IMG/VR virus record: IMGVR_UViG_3300020161_000598
Location: 1 to 34,366 of that record
Direction: 5' to 3' (one strand)
Origin: a virus
Taxonomy: Duplodnaviria; Caudoviricetes
Length of the DNA stretch: 34,366 nt
Shown here: positions 9,101 through 18,100 of the stretch, one piece after another
Position numbering within the stretch: the first letter of the stretch is position 1
Layout: the number at the start of each line of letters is the position of its first letter
Translations under genes and position numbers: made by a program
The notes under the pieces: generated by a model
The model's database searches: none
The model's input: only the letters and a program-made list of their open reading frames with translations
Told to the model about the DNA's origin: nothing

Positions 9101-12100
9101 GTTGCAGTTCCAACAGCAGCAAGAGGCACCACAGTAGCTGGAGTAGACTTGGCAAAGGGTTCATCTTATAAAAATAGAGCTGTTGATCCAGCAATGAATG
9201 CTCAAGCAGATAAATTTACAGTAGAAGCTGTTAGAGCAAGAGTGCGACAGTTTTTTACCAAAATGCACAAGGGCGTAGAAGAAGAAGTTAAAAAAGTATT
9301 AGATATTAATTCGCCTTCTAAAGTAACAAAAAAACTTGGAAACGAAACAGCAACTGGATTTGTACATGGTATTAAAGAGTTAAATGATGATGCAAAAAAT
9401 GCTGGTAGACGAATAGGATCAGAAATTGTTGGTGGAGCATCTCAATCAGGAAGAACATATAGAAAAGTAACAAGACCACAAGGGGCTGCTCCAATAGGAC
9501 CAGATATGCCACCAGGAACAATACCGCTTACCATAGTTGGTATGTCTGAGAAAGAAAAACAGAAAAAAAGAAAACAGCGTGGAAGACAAGCAAGATACGC
9601 AAACATTAAAAAAGTTGGAGCTAAGTTCGGTGGTGTTCAAGGCAGCGTAGGCCTAATGGGTGCTAACATGGCTCTAAGCGCAGCACCAGATTTTGCTGGT
9701 AAAAATATAATACAGTCAACAATGACTGGTGCAAGCATGGGTATGCTATTTGGTCCTTGGGGCGCAGCAGCTGGAGCAGCTATAGGTCTTGTATCATCTG
9801 CCATAGGTGAATTAATTGAAAAACAAAAAATTCAAAAAGCAATGACAGAGGCAGCATTTAAATCTAGTGCTGATATAGCTGCATATTTTGGTAATGAAAT
9901 AGTTAATGTAGATACTTCTATAAGTAACTTTGGCGTATCTCTTGGAATTGTAGGCGGTAGCTTAGAAAATATTGGCAAAGCATTTGGATATACAACAGAT
10001 GAGCTTGCTAGATTTAATGAAATGGTTAGCCAGCTGCCAGAAGGAAATCCTTTAAGAGATCTTATAACTGGTTTAACAGAAGAATCATCTCCAGAAAAAA
10101 TTAATAAAATTGCTCAAGCTTTTGTTACAACACAAGTTGCCCTGGGCCAAATTAAACCAGATCAAGCACAAAAAACTTTTGATTTAATCTTAGCATCTAG
10201 TGGTAAGGTTGCTATGGTTGGATCTAATTTTATAGACTTAAAAAGTCAAACTGAAGCAGTTACAAAAACACTAAAAGATGCATCAGGAAGCTCTGTAACA
10301 TTAGGAACAGCATTAACGCAAGTAATGGCTGCAGCAGCAAATGCATCATCTTTACAGCAACTAGATGTTATTTTAGATGGTGTTGCACAATCTGGTCTTT
10401 CTGCAGCAGAAGGTTTGGGTGCATTGTATTATGCATACATTCAAGTAGGAAACTTACAGGCAGCTCAAGCAATTCAAGCACTAAAGAGAGTAAACGGAAT
10501 AACGTTAGAGCAAACAGGATTAATTATGGCTGCAGTAGGAAAAGGGTTTGAAGCAAAAATTAATCCAGCAACACAAGGAAAAGATTTAGCTAAGGCAGCC
10601 CTTGATTTTTTAAATGATCCAAAAATATGGGAAAAAACAGATTCAGGAAGCGTAACAAAAAAATACAAAGAGTTAGCTGATGCTCAAGTAAAATCTACAA
10701 AAGAACAAATTAAACTTCTTAAAGCAAAAAAGAAGATTATTGATGATGAAATAAAAAAAGAACAAAAAATAACAGATGAGTTAAAAAAACAATCTGAGTA
10801 TACAAAAACACAACAAGACCTTGATCAGCAAATTGTTGAAGCTAAAATTAGAGGAAAGTATATTGAAGCTGCAAGCCTTCTACAAGAAAAACAAAACAAT
10901 ACAATCCAATTTAATAAAGAACAAACAATATCAGATTTACAAGAAAAATCTGATGCAATTCAAGCTCAAATAGATGCAATTCAAGCAATGTCTGACGATG
11001 TTGTATCTGCTATTAATGATGCATCTGCAGATGCAGCTGCTCACGCAGCAAGCATTGTTGCAGCTATTGGTTCTATAACATTTGATACAACACAATCAGG
11101 CAAAAACTCTTCTACTGCAGTTCCAGTAGATGTAAGTGCAGCAAGCAGAAAAGCTTGGGTTGAACAAAATAAACCAAAGATATGGCCTGCGGGTGCAACA
11201 ACTGAAGCAGAAGGTATTCCTGTCACAGCTGCAGACCTTGATCCAAAAGTAGCATGGAATGATAGCAAACAGTGGTGGGATACATCACAAGTAACAGGAA
11301 AAACTAAAGATGAATTTGAAAAATACGTTAGATTCCAAATCCAAACAGATCTTAATCGTTTAAAGAAAGATACAGACTTTATTGTTGTTAGTACAGTTGG
11401 TGCAGATGGATTTACATATAAGTGGAAAGTTGTAAAAAATGGTGACTTTATTAGAATGGGTGATCCAATTCCACCAGAGGTTAAAAAAGCAGAGGGTGGA
11501 TACATAAAAAACTTTAAGCCTGGTGGAAAAGTAAAGGGTCCAGGAACTTCAAAATCTGATTCAATTCCAGCAATGCTTTCAAATGGAGAGTATGTAATTA
11601 AGGCAGATTCTGTAAAGAAATATGGAGTAGGTTATTTTGATAAACTAAATGCTCAGAAATTTGGGGAAGGAAGTATTGGCGGAGTTCGCCCAACACCTTC
11701 TGCAACATCTTCACCAAAAACAGGAATGACAAGTTCTTTTGGATCAGTTAATCCTAGTTCTAAACCTACACCAACTAAAACAAATCCGCCAAAAATGGAA
11801 TTGTGGGATTGGAAAAGACAATGGGAAGAAGCTAATAAGCAAGTTATTAATATTCCAGTATCGCCAATAACATCTAATTTTGCTACAAACTCTTTTAGTT
11901 TAAACAAACAACAAAGAGTGGAGCTACAATCAATATCTAAAGAACTTATTTCTGCACAAGTAAAAGCTATAATTGTTCAAGGACACACAGACTCAGTAGG
12001 AAGTGGGAAAGATAACAAAATTCTTTCACAAAACAGAGCAAATGCTATTGCGGAATATATGTCAAAATTTGTTCCTGGAACAATGTTTGTTCCAATAGGA

Positions 12101-15100
12101 TATGGTGAATACAGACCACTTGCTCCAAATACAACTGCTGAAAATAGATCTAAAAATAGAAGAGCAGATCTTATTCTGCCAAACAAATATAAAACAATAT
12201 ATCCAGATTTTGAGCCTGAAAAGCATAAGTTTATAATTAATCTAGGAAAACTTGAAGGTCCTAATGGGATTATTGTAGGCGGAGGAATGCTTATTGATTC
12301 ATTCAATCCTCCTAAAGAAGCATTGAAAACTTTTGGACGTGCAAATGGTGGAGCAGTAAAAGGATTTAATACAGGCGGTAAAATACTTGGTGCAGGAACA
12401 GCAACATCTGACTCTATTCCAGCATACCTTTCAAATGGTGAGTATGTAATTAAAGCAGCATCTGTAAATAAATATGGCACTGAAACTTTTGATGCATTGA
12501 ATGCTGGAAGATTTCATAAAGGCGGAGCAGTAGGACATCAGCATTTATCTCCAGGCCACATGGCAAGCAATTACAAGGCTCCTTACTCAGGACCAGTTTT
12601 CAAAAATGCAGACAATATAACTCCAGCACAACGATTGGCAAATGCTAATGCTACTGATGCTTGGTATAAAAAAGATGGTGGTTATTATAAGAACTCTGAA
12701 GGAAAATGGGTAGAGAAAGATCCATCTCTATGGGAAACATTTACAACAGGTGAAAACTGGAACTCATTTTTTGGACAAGGATATAATCCTCATGGTCCAA
12801 TTTATGAAAAAACTCAAAAGGGTCTTTTTAATTTACTAATGGGCTCAGGTGCCTATGATCGCATGAATTCTGGAAAACCTCTTGCTGGAGGAGAATATGC
12901 TACTATGGCAGCAAATATACTTCTTGCTCGTATTGCTGGACCTCAAGCTTCTGCACTAATGAGATCTATGATAGAGCAGGTTGGTATTTCAAAAGGAATT
13001 CCAGGATTAGGATCACTTCTACCAACTGGCTCATTATCATTTCTTGGAAAGACTGGATCACAAATTGGTGCTAAGTTAGGACTTGCTGGAGCTGCTTATG
13101 CAATTCCAAATAAGATAAATCAGATTAATAACTACATGAAGGTTAAATCTCTTATAAAGGATGATATGTGGCATGGCTCACAGCCAACTGGTTTACGTGG
13201 AGAAGAGTACCTACAAGGTAAAAATGTTTTAGATGGTTCAGAAACCTATGATCCACATTATGGAATGGGATTCTTTGGAACAAGTTCAAAATCAGAAGCT
13301 GAAATGTATGCATCTGGTTACAACTCATCAACCAACTGGGGAGAATCTTTTGGATCATTAAATAAGATTACAAAGGCTCCTTTTGGAAAGTATGTAGATT
13401 TTACTAAGGGAACTAATTCAATTAAATGGCAAGATTACGGATTATATAAAGCATTAGGTATGGAAAAAGATGGGTATCTAGGAAACTATCTTACTGAAAA
13501 CCTTGGCGATATTATGGCTAGCCAAAATGTAACTGGAAGCATCATGAAGAGAATTAGTGATGGCCAAGTTCCAGGGGATATGGCATTAGCTAAATGGTTA
13601 GCTTGGTCAAAACCTGCAGGAGTAGAAACAGAAGAATATCTTGGAAGGCGTTTTGCATCAGATAAAGCACCCACTGTGCTAAATACATTAAGGTCTAAAC
13701 TTTCTTCCTTTAATGCTCTTGACACAACTTCTGGAGTAAATTCAGTATTTGAAGAATGGGCACAAGTAACAATTAATAAATCTTTACGCCCTGACCCAAT
13801 TCAATTTGCAAATATCCTAAAAAAATCAGATTTAAGAAAGATTTTTCCAACACTCATTGGTTCATTAAATACTGTAAACAAAGCAGAAGTTTTAAAAACT
13901 GGAGAAATGGGTTATTTAAAATCTGGTTTGCAACTGAATCCATTAGAGGTAAGAAGAGAAATTTTTGGCTCACTTTTTGCACGACGAGCTGATTTACTTG
14001 CTCCAACTAATACTGCTGTTGAACTAAGTAATTCCTGGATTAATCCTTTTGGAGTTTTTAGCAGATCTTTAGAAGAAATGTCTCCAGGCTCACTTAGTGA
14101 AAAATTCTTATTTGAAAAATTAAAAGTATCTCAGCGAGATACTGGTATCTATGATAAAACATTTGCATTAACTTCAAAAAACTATGCTTCTTTAGGAATG
14201 ACTTCTGAAAAATCTTATAGAGATGCAATATTAGACTCTATGGGATTTACAGATAGTCATGGAGGAAACCTATTTGTAAATCCAATGGAAAAAAAGGCTG
14301 GAGCAATTGATTTTGGAAGAATCGGAGAATCTATACATTCTCTAGATATTTTTGGAGGAAAAAAAGCTCTAAATGAACTAAACAACAAATATTTTAACAG
14401 ATACATTAATCTACCAGAATCTGAAAGAGCTGCATATCTAGAAGGATTAACAAAAGCATCAGAAACTCTGTCTGGTATAAAAGATACTGAACTCACAGAT
14501 ATGCTACGTATGTCTGGATATAAGAATGATGAAATAACATCAACTTCAGATATTTATAAGTCATACATTAGTAATGTTATGCAAGCAATTAAGATGAGAT
14601 TATCTTCTAAAAAACAGGGCTGGGATGAAGATATACCAAAAATAAATGTTAATGAAGATTGGTATAAAACAATTGGAGCTAGTTTTAATGCTGTTTCAAA
14701 AAAGGGTAAACTAATAAAACCTAAAAATATGCAAAAATATTTATCTAAGGTATTAGGAGATGTCAGTTTACCACAAATAGTAAAACAAGATTTACCTCCT
14801 GGTGTTAGTGGAGTATATATTCCAAGATTTTTTGATGAAGCGTCTAATTATGAAAATCTTCTTCCACATATTTTGATTAATTCAAAGGGTAAAACACCTT
14901 TAGGAACTGCAGTACATGAAAATATGCATCATTTTGATCTAGATGTTTTACACGACTCTTTTAAGAAAACACTTACCCATCTAAGAAAATCTGGTAAGAG
15001 CAATCTAGCAGATGAATATGAGTCAGTTTTTGTAACCGCAGAAAATATACAAAAAGGTAAAGGCAAAGAAGTTTTTGAATACTATGCAGAAAGTTTAAAT

Positions 15101-18100
15101 GACCTTGATAGCATTGCGTACTCTAATGGTACAGCAGAAGCTTTTGCTGATGAACAAACTTTTAAAGCTTATAACTATTTTAAAAATAGTAAAAACTTTA
15201 AAGACAAGATGTTAGCATCACAAATTGGAAATCCGTATTCTTCAAGTAAAATAGGACAAGGTTTAACAGGATATTTTAATACTTATTCACAGTTTGAACA
15301 GAATGCCTTACAGAACCCTATTAGATTTAATCCATCATTTTTAAAGGGTTTTCTAGAGAACTCTCCAAACATGCCTGCAAAAACAAAAGCTATATATGCT
15401 ATGTGGCAAAAAGGTCTTGAAAAATTTAATATAGAATATGATGCTGATCCAAGTGTAATACTTAACTCACCAGAGTTTAAAAGCTTTAGAGAATATATAA
15501 ACAGTTCTAAGTTAAATAAAGTAAAAGGTTATAAAATAGGAGGACGTGTTAAGGGTAAAGGTACTGCAACCTCTGATTCAATCCCTGCTTATCTTTCAGA
15601 TGGGGAATATGTCATTAAAGCATCTTCTGTAAAGAAATATGGAACAGATACATTTGATGCATTGAATGCTCAGAGATTTAGCGAAGGAAGTCCTGGTGGT
15701 GTTAAACCAATGACAGGACGTCGCTCATTTAAGCTTGGTGCGGTAAGTGGAGGAACATACCAAGCCATGGAAGAAATTGAAAAACTCTTTTTATTACACC
15801 ATGGTTCAAACCCAAATTCATCTGGTTTTGCTAAATGGAGTAGAGCTTTTGGTAGAGTTGGATTTAATGCATTACAGGGTCTAGTTTCAGGTGCTGTCAC
15901 AGGAAAAAATCCTGTTTCTCTTCTTGCTGGTACAGCTTTTGGTTTGGGAGAAGGATTAGTTGGCCTTGCAAAAGATGGATCTCAGTACGGAGTAAAGGGA
16001 GGATCATATGCAACTCCAGAGGGAGCAAAAACAAGAAGGTTTAGTCCTGAAGAAGAATTAAAGAGAATAAACCCTAAAGATTCAGGACTTAGAATTCTAG
16101 AAACTGCTGGTTTTGGAGGTGCATTTGGTCTTGGTCTTAATAAACTTGGTCAATTTGCAAAATGGGTAGCTCCTAAACTAGGAATTAAAGTTCCAGAATC
16201 TATGTCAAATGCTTTTGGACCAATGATTAATTCTTTAAGACCAAAACTTGAAGAGCTATCTCAACCATTTTCTAATCCATTTAAACCTAGAAAACCAAAG
16301 CCTGTTATACCAGAGGCTCCAAGTAGTTTAAGCCCTGTTGAACGTAGTTTAAAAGACAAGATAGCCTATGCTGCAACATTATCAATGGCTAAGATAAACC
16401 CTGAAGTTACTGCATCAAGGTTGGCTCAGATGTATCCTGAAAGAGCAGCACAAATTAGAGCTAAGCTTATTCCAAACTCTGTACTTAGAAAGAACTTTGA
16501 AGAAGTTAAAAAGATAAGTCAACCAGGATCTCCAGAATGGGAACAAGCAAGATTTGAACTTGCTATATCTGATGCACTAATGGCACAACAAAAAAATAAT
16601 GTTACTCCAATAATGGATTTAAGAACAACTCCCGCTCAAAAACTTATTGACGAAAATAGAGCTCTTCCATCAGAAATAAAAGAGACTGTTACAATAGGGG
16701 GTAAAGAATTTATTTTTAAATTTACAAGAGGAAGAGAATTAACTAGTGGTGATCTTTCTACTGTAGAAAACTACCTCAGCGATCTCAAAAATGCACCTGG
16801 GAGAGAGAAAGTTATAGACACAGGCCAATTACGTGTAGAACTTTTAGATCCTATGGAATCAGATAGAGTACCAGCTCACATTACTTATGATCCAATTTCT
16901 GGAGCTGTTGCTGGTCGTTATACAGATTACCGTTATCAAATGATGGGTCTTTCTAATTTCTTATATAATAAAGCATCTTTAATGAGTAGAATAAAACACT
17001 CTTGGAATTTAACTGGTATGGGTAGAGGATCTGCTCAGAAAATTGGTGGGTTTATGCACGATGATCCAGTTGAACAGATGTACACTTCTATGTCAGATTT
17101 ATCTGTTTTGCCTAAGTTTAAACTACCTAGTTTACCTAAGTTAAATGTATCTACTTTAAAAGAATATTTAGGTAAATTTACTAGTAAATTAAAGAAGCCA
17201 AAGAAAACAAATAAGACAAGTGAAAATACAACCCCAATTGACCCACGTAACTCTGACCCAAACTGGGTAGGTGGAACAGCTTGGGCTGAACAACGCGCAC
17301 AGAGCACAATTGGTATGCAGGCTACCAACCTACTTGAATACCCTCCACTCAATCAGGAACATTTTAGAAGAGAAGTTGTAGAATGGTATAGGAATGCCTA
17401 TCGTACATCAGCAAACTTCCCATATGGTCAAAATGGATACGTAGATCCAATGGCTATACCAGAGCTACAACGAATTATGGCTTTGGAAAATGCAGCCCCT
17501 GCACCAAATTCATTCGCTGCAGCCAGTTCTGCAGCCAGTTCTGCAGCAAGGGCTAGAGAGGCAGATCACCTTCAACGGGCAGTAGATAAAGCTAGACAAG
17601 GGCGAGAGTTCTGGGGAGGATCATCACCTACTGTAGCCACTGGGCACCACATGACAGATTTTGTTAATACTTACTTAGATTACATAGATTCAGGAGGACA
17701 TCTGTCTCCTATTGACTTTATTGAAACGATGTATACTGGCGTTGGAGGAGTAGTTCCAAATCGCCCTTCAACTGGGGCTGCAAGTGGTGGATTAATTAAA
17801 AATGGTAGATTAATAAAGGGGTTTGCTATAGGTGGCTTAGCTCAAAGCAAGATGTCTATTCCTAACTATAAACTTCCTTCCTATGCAGTTGGTTCAACAT
17901 ATATCCCACAGGATCAAATTGCACAGCTTCATAAGGGTGAGCGTGTACTTACAGCACAAGAAAATAAAACCTATTCATCTTCTGCACCAACTACTAATAT
18001 TATTAATATCAACGGTAGCGATTTAAATAAAAAAGAAATAGCACAAGCAGTTATGGTAGAATTAGATAGAGCAAAGAGTAAGAACAACAAAACGAATATG

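Noticed and set aside
9545-9600. A-rich tract AAAGAAAAACAGAAAAAAAGAAAACAG as a slippage/phase-variation site
   Set aside because: It is explained by a Lys/Arg/Glu-rich peptide in an AT-rich genome; the frame is intact and no alternative-frame product is evident.
11513-15703. TMP repeats as a diversity-generating retroelement (TR/VR) or CRISPR-like array
   Set aside because: The copies are coding and in frame, about 0.85 and 3.2 kb apart. Differences are not confined to adenines of one template, and no reverse transcriptase or cas gene is in the window.
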